DNA from: Patescibacteria group bacterium
GTDB lineage: Bacteria > Patescibacteriota > Minisyncoccia > UBA6257 > GWB1-50-10
DNA: 41,613 nucleotides
NCBI GenBank assembly: GCA_038061595.1
Contig: JBBTYZ010000015.1
Coordinates: 1-41,613 of the forward strand
Direction: 5' to 3'
The notes under the pieces were generated by a model, which was given only the letters and a program-made list of their open reading frames with translations, ran no database searches and was not told the origin of the DNA. Every line of letters starts with the position of its first letter. The first letter of the stretch is position 1. Shown piece after piece: positions 16,655-25,174 of this stretch. Both the position numbers and the translations under genes were made by a program.

Positions 16655-18124
16655 CTAAACCGGCGACTGGGATGCTCGTAAAAGCGAAAAAACTTCTTCA
16701 ATCATTTTTTCTTTTAGAAGGTGGAGCAAAAGGAAATAGATTCCGGCAGAAATTGCAATATTTATAAGAATTGGCACGCTCATCCATTGCAATAAAAACA
16801 CCACAATCCCCATCACCAGTGCGGCGAAAAGCGCCTTGAATGGCCTTGGTAGGATTCTAAAATTACTAATCTTCCTTGCAAGCCGCCACATTAAGGCGAC
16901 GTACAAAATAGTTGTGCCGGCTGTGGCAATTGCCGCTCCCATAATTCCGTATTTCGGAATGAGCAGAAAACTAAAAATCACGTTGAATAGTGAAGCAACA
17001 ATAGAATAACCCACCGATTTAACCTGTTTGTCAAAAGCGAATATAAGATTATAAAAAATAGGCATAACATAACTCGCCGGGATAGAGATTAGGATAATCG
17101 CAAACGCGTTCGCCGCGAGAATATATTCTGAACCAAATATAAACCCAACAAGAGATTGACGAAGAATAATTCCACCAACTACAAGCGGGATGGCAATCAT
17201 TAACAATATCCCAAGAGTAGTTTCTGTGGTACTTCTTATTTTCTCTTCCTTTTGCTCATGGACAAAACGTGAAAACACAGGAAGAATAGCGGTGGAGATA
17301 ACTACCGGCAATAAAGTGAGTATCCCTGCTGTTTTTTGCGCCGCCGAATAAAGACCTATCTCTTGCGCCGTTCTCCACCAACCAAGCATGACAATATCAA
17401 CATTAAATAAGAGAGTTCCTGCAAGCCCAGCTATTCCTATTGGCAAGGCTGATCTCAATATTGGTTTAATTAGATTTTTATTGAAGTTTCGGACAATTCC
17501 CTTCACGAATGAACGCAAAAATATCGAGGCGATGAATACGCATGACACCGAGGAGATTGCATAAACAACGGTAAGTGCGTATGGTGTCGGATAAAGGCGC
17601 AACACCAAGAAACCAAAAACGACTAGGGTTAGATTCGCAACAACCATCACGAGCGCTTCTAATTCCATTTTTTCTTTTCCACGAAAAAACGCCACAAACA
17701 TATCTCTAAGATCGTCAAATATGATTATGAGCGCCACAATAGGCAGAAGAACGGTTGCCGCACTTATCTTGCTAAAAAACGGAGCAACGAAGAGCACAAG
17801 TAACACGGTGATAAGAAGAAGACCAATCTCTATCCAAAAAGCGGTTGAGAAAAACGAATGTTCGTCTTCGCGCTTTTTCGCCACTTCTCTAGTAAGAATC
17901 ACGTCAATCCCGGTATTTCTGAAAAAAACAAAAAAACTCGCTAGCCCCAGAGCGTAAGAAAAAATTCCGTATGATTCAGCGCCAAGTCTTCGCGCTATAT
18001 AGAGAGTAATAAATACTTTGAGAAATCTGCTTCCTAAATTACCAATCGAGAGCCATGCAAAATTTTTTACTACCATTTGTTTAGCGCCGCGATTGCCAAA
18101 CAATAAATTTTTTAATCTGTTCAT
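16655..18124 (-). CDS. wzx: Wzx-type oligosaccharide flippase, second copy
   Basis: 489 aa and multi-TM. It aligns by eye along its length with CDS 2557..4029, for example KNFAWLSIGNLGSRFLKVFITLYIARRLG..YGIFSY...LTREVAKK...VAPFF. Confidence 0.85.
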   Translation of the reverse strand: MNRLKNLLFGNRGAKQMVVKNFAWLSIGNLGSRFLKVFITLYIARRLGAESYGIFSYALGLASFFVFFRNTGIDVILTREVAKKREDEHSFFSTAFWIEIGLLLITVLLVLFVAPFFSKISAATVLLPIVALIIIFDDLRDMFVAFFRGKEKMELEALVMVVANLTLVVFGFLVLRLYPTPYALTVVYAISSVSCVFIASIFLRSFVKGIVRNFNKNLIKPILRSALPIGIAGLAGTLLFNVDIVMLGWWRTAQEIGLYSAAQKTAGILTLLPVVISTAILPVFSRFVHEQKEEKIRSTTETTLGILLMIAIPLVVGGIILRQSLVGFIFGSEYILAANAFAIILISIPASYVMPIFYNLIFAFDKQVKSVGYSIVASLFNVIFSFLLIPKYGIMGAAIATAGTTILYVALMWRLARKISNFRILPRPFKALFAALVMGIVVFLLQWMSVPILINIAISAGIYFLLLHLLKEKMIEEVFSLLRASQSPV

Positions 18125-18170
18125 TTAGAATAGTTTATCACGAAACTATGACATAAAAGGACGGGGGTGG

Positions 18171-19331
18171 TTATTTGCGCCCCACAAGAATGCGCTCGTA
18201 AGCCTGAACCATTTTTGCACCATAGTCGTCCCAGGTGAAACCGGTGGAAATTCTTTCTTTAGCCGATCTTCCCATTTTCTCCCCAAGCTCCTGATTCTCA
18301 TACAAATATAAGACCCTCTCCTTTAACGCTTCAACGTCACGAATAGGAATTATGAATCCGTCAGTGCCGTTCCGGACAATGTCCTCCCCGCCAGTATTAG
18401 TCGTCGCAATAACCGGCAAGCCGCAAGCCATAGCCTGTGCTTGGACCATTGCTAATCCCTCTTCAATCGAAGGCATTACAAAGACAGAACTTTGTGAATA
18501 ATATTTATAAAGTTCCTTTTGTGGAACCCGGCCGATCCACTTAAATTTGCCTTCATACTTCTTCAAGAAATAATCCATTTCCTCGCTTTTGCCACCCACC
18601 AAAAGCAGTTCGGAGTTGGTTAAATTTAATTCTGAAAAAGCTTGAAGTAGATAGTGAGTTCCTTTACGCAGAGAAACCCCTCCAACGAAAATCACTCGAA
18701 AAACCTTATCGCTCTTTGGGATTTGTCTGAAGTCCGATAAATCAACTCCATAGGGAACCTGAATGAGTTTGTTCTCTGGAATGCCTTTTGCCAAAAACGT
18801 CCTCCTCACAAAAAACGACGGGATAGAGATGTAATCCGCCTCCTCGTATTCTTTTAATTCTTTTTCTATAACCTTAGGGTGAGGCAACCGAAAGTCTTTC
18901 GGCTTGATCCCGAATTTTGAATATTCTTCTTTTAAAATGTCGTTTTGATAAACGATGTGCGAGCTACCATGCTCAACTATAGTTACAGCGCCTAATATTT
19001 TCGCTTTTTTCATTGTGCGGAGAAACATCGATGACCCGCCAATTACAATGTCTGCTTTTTTTAGAGATTTTGATGCCAACTCGTCAAAGATCTCATGAAT
19101 CAGATATTGTGGGTTATAAATATTGCGTAGGAATTTCGGCAGTTTAGACCAGCCTCTTCCTAGGATTTCTTTAATCAAGACCGAATTAATCTTATCTTTT
19201 GGAATACCATATTTGACTACTTCAAATTTCGGGTAAGAAGTGATGAGTTGCGACAAATAGTCCCGTTTCAATAACTGCCCGGCGAGATTAAACATATGAA
19301 ACCTTCCACCAACAGAAATAGTAACCTTCAT
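18171..19331 (-). CDS. GT4/GT1-fold glycosyltransferase
   Basis: 386 aa with the C-terminal motif VMPSIEEGLAMVQAQAMACGLPVIATTNTGGEDIV. Confidence 0.8.
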   Translation of the reverse strand: MKVTISVGGRFHMFNLAGQLLKRDYLSQLITSYPKFEVVKYGIPKDKINSVLIKEILGRGWSKLPKFLRNIYNPQYLIHEIFDELASKSLKKADIVIGGSSMFLRTMKKAKILGAVTIVEHGSSHIVYQNDILKEEYSKFGIKPKDFRLPHPKVIEKELKEYEEADYISIPSFFVRRTFLAKGIPENKLIQVPYGVDLSDFRQIPKSDKVFRVIFVGGVSLRKGTHYLLQAFSELNLTNSELLLVGGKSEEMDYFLKKYEGKFKWIGRVPQKELYKYYSQSSVFVMPSIEEGLAMVQAQAMACGLPVIATTNTGGEDIVRNGTDGFIIPIRDVEALKERVLYLYENQELGEKMGRSAKERISTGFTWDDYGAKMVQAYERILVGRK

Positions 19332-20122
19332 TATTGTTTTTTCTTAGCGACTATTCCTACAGAAAGGTAAGGGCGCCGCAGAAGCGACGTAATTGGACCA
19401 TCAAATATCGGGAGAATTCTCATTGGGAAAGTGATTGCCCAAGCTACTTTTGGCGAAATAATACCACTAACGACTCTTATGGCCCGAACAACACATTGAG
19501 AAATAAAACCAGTAATATAGTCTTTTTTTATAACCTCTAAATTAGACTCGCTAAGAATTTCCTCCAGTTGTTCGTGATTATATCCCAACCGAACATGTCC
19601 ACCCGGCTCCCCTTTTAAAAGGTTGCCACTTGCGTCATAGGTTGAAAGCTCGAACTTATCATCACCAAGCAAATGAGTATCGTAATGCAAATACGGAGCA
19701 GTTAGAAGCAGCCTCCCTCCTGGTTTTAAAAGATTAGAGAAATCACCGACAAGTTTTCTGTCTTTTAAGATATGTTCAATGGTCTCAAAACAGATTATTT
19801 GATCAAACAATCCTAAGTCATTTGCCATTTCTCCTAATCTGCCCAAGTCCTCCGTAATGAATTTAATATTATTAAGCTTTAATATTTTCGCTCTCTCCGT
19901 AGCTTTCCGGTTGTTCTGCTCATCAAAAGAGATGCCAACCACGATATTGCCGCGCCTCGCCGCATACAAGGCAAAGGATCCGGATCCGCATCCAGCGTCT
20001 AACGTGCGTAAATTACCAGACCTAAGATTCCGGCGAAGCCAAAACCATCTATCTGTCACCGCAGAATCTCCAAAGACTATCGTCGCATAATAACCAAATA
20101 CGCGTACTAGGAAATTATTCAT
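19331..20122 (-). CDS. Class I SAM-dependent methyltransferase
   Basis: 263 aa with TLDAGCGSGSFALYAARRG, ICFETIEH and LKPGGRLLLT. Its stop overlaps the next start by 1 nt. Confidence 0.85.
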   Translation of the reverse strand: MNNFLVRVFGYYATIVFGDSAVTDRWFWLRRNLRSGNLRTLDAGCGSGSFALYAARRGNIVVGISFDEQNNRKATERAKILKLNNIKFITEDLGRLGEMANDLGLFDQIICFETIEHILKDRKLVGDFSNLLKPGGRLLLTAPYLHYDTHLLGDDKFELSTYDASGNLLKGEPGGHVRLGYNHEQLEEILSESNLEVIKKDYITGFISQCVVRAIRVVSGIISPKVAWAITFPMRILPIFDGPITSLLRRPYLSVGIVAKKKQ

Positions 20123-20133
20123 TGTTCATAAAT

Positions 20134-20985
20134 TTATTGTCTCAAAGCAAGCCAGTTACCATTATAAATCTTACCAGACGAAATCGCCACCTTAATTGGG
20201 ATTTTATTCTGGTGATCTTGAAAATATATCTCGTAATTCGGGAGCAGGTACAAAAAATCTTCTAATGTTTTTTCGAAATCTCCTTGGTTAAATTGTGTTA
20301 CTTCGAAGAAAACAACAGGGCTGTATTTCCTTATGGTTTCCCGTGCTCCTCGCAAAACAGTTCCTTCCGCACCCTCAACGTCTAATTTTATAAGGCTAAT
20401 TGCGCCAAGGTTATTCTTTTCACAATAACTATCAATAGTAGTTACGGGAACCTTAATCGAAATGCTACGACTATCATCCTTAAGGTGGCTCTTATCTTTT
20501 GTAATAGTGGAGTGACCTGAGTTTAATTTTAAATCAGACGGAATCCAAAGGTCCACCATTCCATTGGTTTCTCCCAAAGCTACCTGTTCAGCGACTATTG
20601 GAGAATTGTTTAGGGCGATGTTTTCTTGCAATTTCCAAAATATTTGTGGCACGGGTTCAAAGGAAATTACTCTTGCTCCCATTCCCTTGGAAAAAAACAG
20701 TGAATACAATCCAATATTGGCACCGACATCAATAATCACACCCCCCCCTCTCTTTTTTTTAGAGAGGTTTGTTTTGATAAAATTCAGATCATCTAGAAGC
20801 CAGGGAAGGCAACCGAACCAAAGAAGATCAAAATCTGTTCTAAATTTAGGATCCAAGTAAAACACAACTTCGGCAGGATAACGATTCGGATGCAATATGC
20901 GAGGCCGTTTAAAGAACCTCCACAACAAGTTAGCAACCCTGCCTTTCCCCTTAAAATTTAAATATGAAATCAATTTATAAAACAT
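20134..20985 (-). CDS. FkbM-family methyltransferase
   Basis: 283 aa with IIDVGANIGLYSL...SFEPVP... and LIKLDVEGAEGTVL. Confidence 0.82.
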   Translation of the reverse strand: MFYKLISYLNFKGKGRVANLLWRFFKRPRILHPNRYPAEVVFYLDPKFRTDFDLLWFGCLPWLLDDLNFIKTNLSKKKRGGGVIIDVGANIGLYSLFFSKGMGARVISFEPVPQIFWKLQENIALNNSPIVAEQVALGETNGMVDLWIPSDLKLNSGHSTITKDKSHLKDDSRSISIKVPVTTIDSYCEKNNLGAISLIKLDVEGAEGTVLRGARETIRKYSPVVFFEVTQFNQGDFEKTLEDFLYLLPNYEIYFQDHQNKIPIKVAISSGKIYNGNWLALRQ

Positions 20986-21091
20986 TTGGTAAGTTGCTTA
21001 TTTTTCCTAAATCTCTTTTAAAATCATCTTGTGCTTTTTATATTTTCTGGGCGTTCCAACTTTAATAAAAGTAATCTCTAAACATAAAGAT

Positions 21092-22027
21092 TTATGGTTT
21101 TTGTTTAAGATCTCGTTCTATGCGGGCCGCAATCTTTTTCGCCGTAAGCCCACACAATCCTATCAAATATTCCCGTGAGCCGGTAACGTGCAAAAACTTA
21201 TCTGCCGTACCCATTCTCACAACCCGATACGACAACCCGCGATCCGCGACTAATTCGGAGATAGCCGATCCTAAACCGCCTATCATGCTATGCTCTTCAA
21301 GAACATAAACGATTTTTTTGTTTTTGAATAAATTTAAAACCTTGCGGACATTAAGCGGTTTTACGGTGGGCAATGATATTAACGCTGCATCTATTTTTTT
21401 ATTTTTAAGCTCGTCTGCCAATTCTCTTGCCAAAAACAACATACTTCCGGTTGAAATAATTGTAGCCATATTGCCGCGTTTTATAAAAATCGGCTCGCCA
21501 ATTCTAAGCTTGGGCTTTTTTAAATGAATAAATTCGTCTGGTCCGCTATTTGTACGCCCAATTCTTATATAAGCTGGGCCTTTAAAAGAACAAGCGAGCT
21601 TGGTAACCTGTTCCGCCTCATAGAGATCCCCCGGACATAACACCGTCATATTTGGCAAGGATCTCATCGCCGCAACATCCTCCAATGCAAAATGGCTTAC
21701 TCCGTACTGGCTTAGCGTAAATCCAGAAGAGGTGCCAACAAGCTTAACGTTCAAATTATTAGACGCGATATCAAGCCTAACCTGCTCAAAGCACCGCAAT
21801 GTTACAAAGGCCGCTTGCGCGTAAAAAAATACTGTGTATCCGTTCATTGCGAGACCCGCCGAAATACCAGCGGCATTCGCTTCCGAAACTCCAGCATTAA
21901 TGAATCTATCCGGGAATTTGTCGCGCAACCCTTCAAAAGTTCCATAGCCCATGTCGGCCGTAACAACGATTATGCTTTTATCTTTCCACATCATCTCCAT
22001 TAAAGTTTTGACAAAAGTCCCTCTCAT
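21092..22027 (-). CDS. Transketolase, C-terminal (pyrimidine-binding + C-terminal domain) subunit of a split transketolase
   Basis: 311 aa with DMGYGT...FINAGVSEANAAGISAGLA..G...F and a later HSMIGGLGSA. It is separated by 1 nt from the N-terminal subunit gene. Confidence 0.85.
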   Translation of the reverse strand: MRGTFVKTLMEMMWKDKSIIVVTADMGYGTFEGLRDKFPDRFINAGVSEANAAGISAGLAMNGYTVFFYAQAAFVTLRCFEQVRLDIASNNLNVKLVGTSSGFTLSQYGVSHFALEDVAAMRSLPNMTVLCPGDLYEAEQVTKLACSFKGPAYIRIGRTNSGPDEFIHLKKPKLRIGEPIFIKRGNMATIISTGSMLFLARELADELKNKKIDAALISLPTVKPLNVRKVLNLFKNKKIVYVLEEHSMIGGLGSAISELVADRGLSYRVVRMGTADKFLHVTGSREYLIGLCGLTAKKIAARIERDLKQKP

Positions 22028-22028
22028 G

Positions 22029-22850
22029 TTATTTAGATAGTTCTTTTAAAGCTGCTTTTAGATCCGACTCGTTTGGGTATTTATAGTGCCATTCAATCCT
22101 GTCTTCCAGAAAAGAAACCCCCTTTCCTTTTATGGTATGGGCAATTATCGCGGTTGGTTTGTTTTTTTTGAGCGGTATTCGCGCAAATGCTTTTTCTAAA
22201 GAAGTGAAATTATTCCCATCCGCCTCAATCGCCTCCCAGCCAAAAGCTAGAAATTTGTCGGGGACCGGGTCTATATTCAAAACCTCTTTTGTTCTGCCAA
22301 AAGATTGCCATTTATTGTAATCCACGATAGCTATCAAATTATCCAAATTATTATGGCCGGCAAACAGTATTGCTTCCCAGGTTGAACCCTCGTCCAATTC
22401 CCCGTCGCTTATAACCACAAAAACACGGTGCTTGCTTTTCATTTTTTTTCCCGCAAGGGCCATACCGGTACCAACCGGAAGTCCGTGTCCCATCGATCCG
22501 GTAGTCGCCTCTATTCCCGGGACTCCGCTCATGGTTGTTATGCCAACGAATTTACTGCCATTCACACAATAGGTATCCAATTTATTTTTGCTGAAAAATC
22601 CCCTGTCGGCTAAAACGGCATAAAGCGCAGAAGCGCCCCACCCCTTACTCAAAATAAATCTGTCTCGCGTTTTGTTTTTAGGATCTTTTGGGTCTATTTT
22701 TAAAATAAAATTATACAAATAAATCAAAATATCCAGCACGGAATAGGCCGAACCCAAGTGCGATGCCCTTGCCTTAAATATCATCTCTATTATCCGCTTC
22801 CTTAGCTCCTTGCCCTTCTTTTTTAAAAGATTGATCTCTTCTTTTTTCAT
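22029..22850 (-). CDS. Transketolase, N-terminal (ThDP/PP-binding) subunit
   Basis: 273 aa with ASHLGSAYSVLDIL, GSMGHGLPVGTGMALAG and VISDGELDEGSTWEA...NNLDNLIAIVDYNK. In the last string the usual GDG of the ThDP motif reads SDG. Confidence 0.85.
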   Translation of the reverse strand: MKKEEINLLKKKGKELRKRIIEMIFKARASHLGSAYSVLDILIYLYNFILKIDPKDPKNKTRDRFILSKGWGASALYAVLADRGFFSKNKLDTYCVNGSKFVGITTMSGVPGIEATTGSMGHGLPVGTGMALAGKKMKSKHRVFVVISDGELDEGSTWEAILFAGHNNLDNLIAIVDYNKWQSFGRTKEVLNIDPVPDKFLAFGWEAIEADGNNFTSLEKAFARIPLKKNKPTAIIAHTIKGKGVSFLEDRIEWHYKYPNESDLKAALKELSK

Positions 22851-23785
22851 TATTTTAGAGACTGTTTCTTCACCCAGTTTATGAATTTTGTAAGTCCGTC
22901 ATCTAGAGAATTTTTTGGGGACCAGTCAAGGATTTTTTTCGCTAGAGATATGTCGGCAACCCACATCTTCGGCTCATGTTGTTTCGCCGCAAGGTTCCCA
23001 TATATAACCCGGATCTTTTTACCCAAAATTTTTTCAACCGCACTTACCGCCCCAGAGATTGAATGTTGCTTTCCGGAAGCGATATTAAAAATCCTTCCCT
23101 TAATATTATCAGCGTTATCGATTGCCCTCAAATAAACGTCTATAACATCTTCAATAAACACAAAATCTCTTACGAATGACGGTGAGGGGGCACTGAATTT
23201 TTCATCTTTAAGCCCGGCCGCAACAATATTCGGCATTAGCCGGCCGCTCCCCTCAAAATATCCGTACGGTGAAAAAAGCCTCATGGTCGCTACGGATAAT
23301 CCCGTTTTTCTGGATAACGATTCACAATACAAGGTACCGGCGGCCTTGCTTACGCCGTAGAGATTGTTCGGTTCCAATAGATCTTTTTCAGATATTGGGT
23401 GATTTTTTTCTCCATATTCGGAGCTGCTACCGGTGTTTATAAAACACTTAAAACCTGTTTCTGCGCACGCATTCAATAGATTTATCGTCCCCAAAGCATT
23501 GGTTAAAATTGTCGTTTTCACATCCATCTCTTTCCCCGAATAAGCGCCATAAGCAGCGAAATGCAAGATAATTTCCGGCCTTAAGCCGTTTACAAACTTG
23601 CTCGTCGCCTGCTCGTCTATAAGATCGACCGGATGCAAATGAACTCTATTTTTTATCGGTTCAATACGTTTAAAATTGGAATCCCCTCGGACTAGCAAAT
23701 GAATTTCGTGCCCTAATTCCAAAAATTTATACACAAAATTAGCCCCTACAAAACCCGTACCTCCGGTTATTAGTATTTTTTTCAT
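22850..23785 (-). CDS. Extended SDR, NAD-dependent epimerase/dehydratase/reductase
   Basis: 311 aa with ILITGGTGFVGANF, GSSSEYG and YGVSK (YxxxK). Its stop overlaps the tkt-N start by 1 nt. Confidence 0.8.
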   Translation of the reverse strand: MKKILITGGTGFVGANFVYKFLELGHEIHLLVRGDSNFKRIEPIKNRVHLHPVDLIDEQATSKFVNGLRPEIILHFAAYGAYSGKEMDVKTTILTNALGTINLLNACAETGFKCFINTGSSSEYGEKNHPISEKDLLEPNNLYGVSKAAGTLYCESLSRKTGLSVATMRLFSPYGYFEGSGRLMPNIVAAGLKDEKFSAPSPSFVRDFVFIEDVIDVYLRAIDNADNIKGRIFNIASGKQHSISGAVSAVEKILGKKIRVIYGNLAAKQHEPKMWVADISLAKKILDWSPKNSLDDGLTKFINWVKKQSLK

Positions 23786-23929
23786 TGCTTTTTGCTCATT
23801 TTATAGCCTATTTTGCAATCATTCCTACCCAACGATTTTAACACAAAAAACACTAAATTCTAGGGTCCCACCCGAATAATCACTATGACGACCCCCGCCC
23901 AAAACATACGATGCTTGGAGCAAAAGTTC

Positions 23930-25174
23930 TTATTTAATCTTAAATTTCTTCAGAAAAGTTCCAATCACCTCACAAACGTAATCAACCATTTCTACCGTTA
24001 TCCCGTGATGCAATCCGATTAAAAAAGATCGCTCCATTATTATCTGAGAATTCTTCAGGTCGCCAATTTTTCTATACTTGGTGTTCTTGTAGGCTGGTTG
24101 TTTTAAGATGTTGCCGGAGAAAAGTGGTCGGGTCTGAATTTTATGATCTTCCAGATATTTAACCAATTGATTGCGAGTAAAAGGCGCTCCGTCGTTTATG
24201 GTTAGCGGCAAGGCAAGCCAATTTACCGAAGCGTTTGGTAACTCTTCCGGTAATGTGAAATAGCGTTCGAATTTCTTTAAAAAATTGCAGAATCTTTTAT
24301 GGTTATGCCTGCGAGCCGAGGTAAATCCACCCAACCTATTCAACTGTTCCAAACCAAAAGCGGCCTGCATCTCAGTGGGTTTAAAGTTATAACCCCTCTC
24401 CACAAACACAAAAGCGCTATCGTAGGGCCGGCCATCTATTTTAAAAGTAGCGAGCCGGGAGCGTATGTTCTCGTCATGCCTTGAAATACCCCTACCCCAG
24501 TCACGAAACACACGTGCGCGTTCCCTTAGTTTTTTATCATTAGTCATAAGCATGCCGCCTGCACCACCAGTGGTTATAAGGTGTGAAGAATAAAAGCTTG
24601 TCGTAGTTAAATCACTCCACTTACCAGATGGCTTTCCATGAAATTTTCCCCCAATAGTGTCACAACTATCTTCAATGAAGATCAATTTGTGTTTTTTGCA
24701 AAAATTTTTTATTACCGGCAGGTTTACAAAATTACCAATAAGATGTGGGGCCATAATCGCAACGGTCTTCTTTGAAAGAGCCTTCTTTAGATTTTTGGTA
24801 TCTATTTGGTATGTTTCTGGTTCTACATCAACGAAAACAGGGACCAAGCCCGTTTGAATTATGGGCGCAACGGTTGTGTTGAATGTACAAGCAGGCGTAA
24901 TTATTTCCGACCCTTTCGGAAATTTAAAAGCCTCTAACGCCAAAAGATTCGCAGAGGAACCAGAGTTAACAAACAGTCCGTATTTCTTGCCAAAAATACT
25001 GGCTATCTTATTCTCAAATTCCTTAGTTATTCCCCCAGTCGTTAGCCAGCCGCTCTCTAAGGCAGTGGTCACAGCCATTATCTCCTTTCTTCCGAAAGCA
25101 TCTTTCATGTTGGGCGCATACCAAACCCAATCCTTTCCACGAATAAATTTTTTATTTTTTATGAGCTGATTCAT
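23930..25174 (-). CDS. DegT/DnrJ/EryC1-fold PLP/PMP enzyme of the E1 (RfbH/DdhC)/ColD 3-dehydrase type (active-site Lys replaced by His)
   Basis: Family strings are LFVNSGSSANLLA, TFNTTVAPIIQTGLVPVFVDV and IEDSCDTIGG. The Schiff-base position reads SFYSSHLITTGG, with His encoded by codon 24583-24581 (CAC). The start was moved to the ATG at 25174, which forms a TGATG overlap with the upstream stop, giving 414 aa. Confidence 0.75.
   Translation of the reverse strand: MNQLIKNKKFIRGKDWVWYAPNMKDAFGRKEIMAVTTALESGWLTTGGITKEFENKIASIFGKKYGLFVNSGSSANLLALEAFKFPKGSEIITPACTFNTTVAPIIQTGLVPVFVDVEPETYQIDTKNLKKALSKKTVAIMAPHLIGNFVNLPVIKNFCKKHKLIFIEDSCDTIGGKFHGKPSGKWSDLTTTSFYSSHLITTGGAGGMLMTNDKKLRERARVFRDWGRGISRHDENIRSRLATFKIDGRPYDSAFVFVERGYNFKPTEMQAAFGLEQLNRLGGFTSARRHNHKRFCNFLKKFERYFTLPEELPNASVNWLALPLTINDGAPFTRNQLVKYLEDHKIQTRPLFSGNILKQPAYKNTKYRKIGDLKNSQIIMERSFLIGLHHGITVEMVDYVCEVIGTFLKKFKIK

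Noticed and set aside
18163-18184. Possible hairpin (GGGGTG/CGCCCC) overlapping the stop of the GT4 gene upstream of the second flippase
   Set aside because: On the transcribed (minus) strand the stem contains an A-C mismatch and has only 4+1 clean pairs. The T-tract is displaced by 5 nt. This is too weak to call a terminator.
21092-22850. Split transketolase as an ordinary pentose-phosphate housekeeping enzyme placed here by chance
   Set aside because: This is not fully rejected and is kept as an alternative in the finding. The 1-nt overlap with the SDR gene and the position between sugar-tailoring genes make a dedicated role more likely than coincidence. That role could be C2 branching or sedoheptulose-7-P supply.
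23786-23929. GC-rich patch (GGGCGGGGGTCGTC...GGGTGGGACCC) in the largest intergenic gap; considered as a terminator, riboswitch or small RNA
   Set aside because: Only a 5-bp GGGTC/GACCC pairing with a long loop could be drawn. No ORF longer than 8 codons and no recognisable riboswitch core was found. It probably holds a promoter (TGTTAAAAT at 23835-23843), with low confidence.
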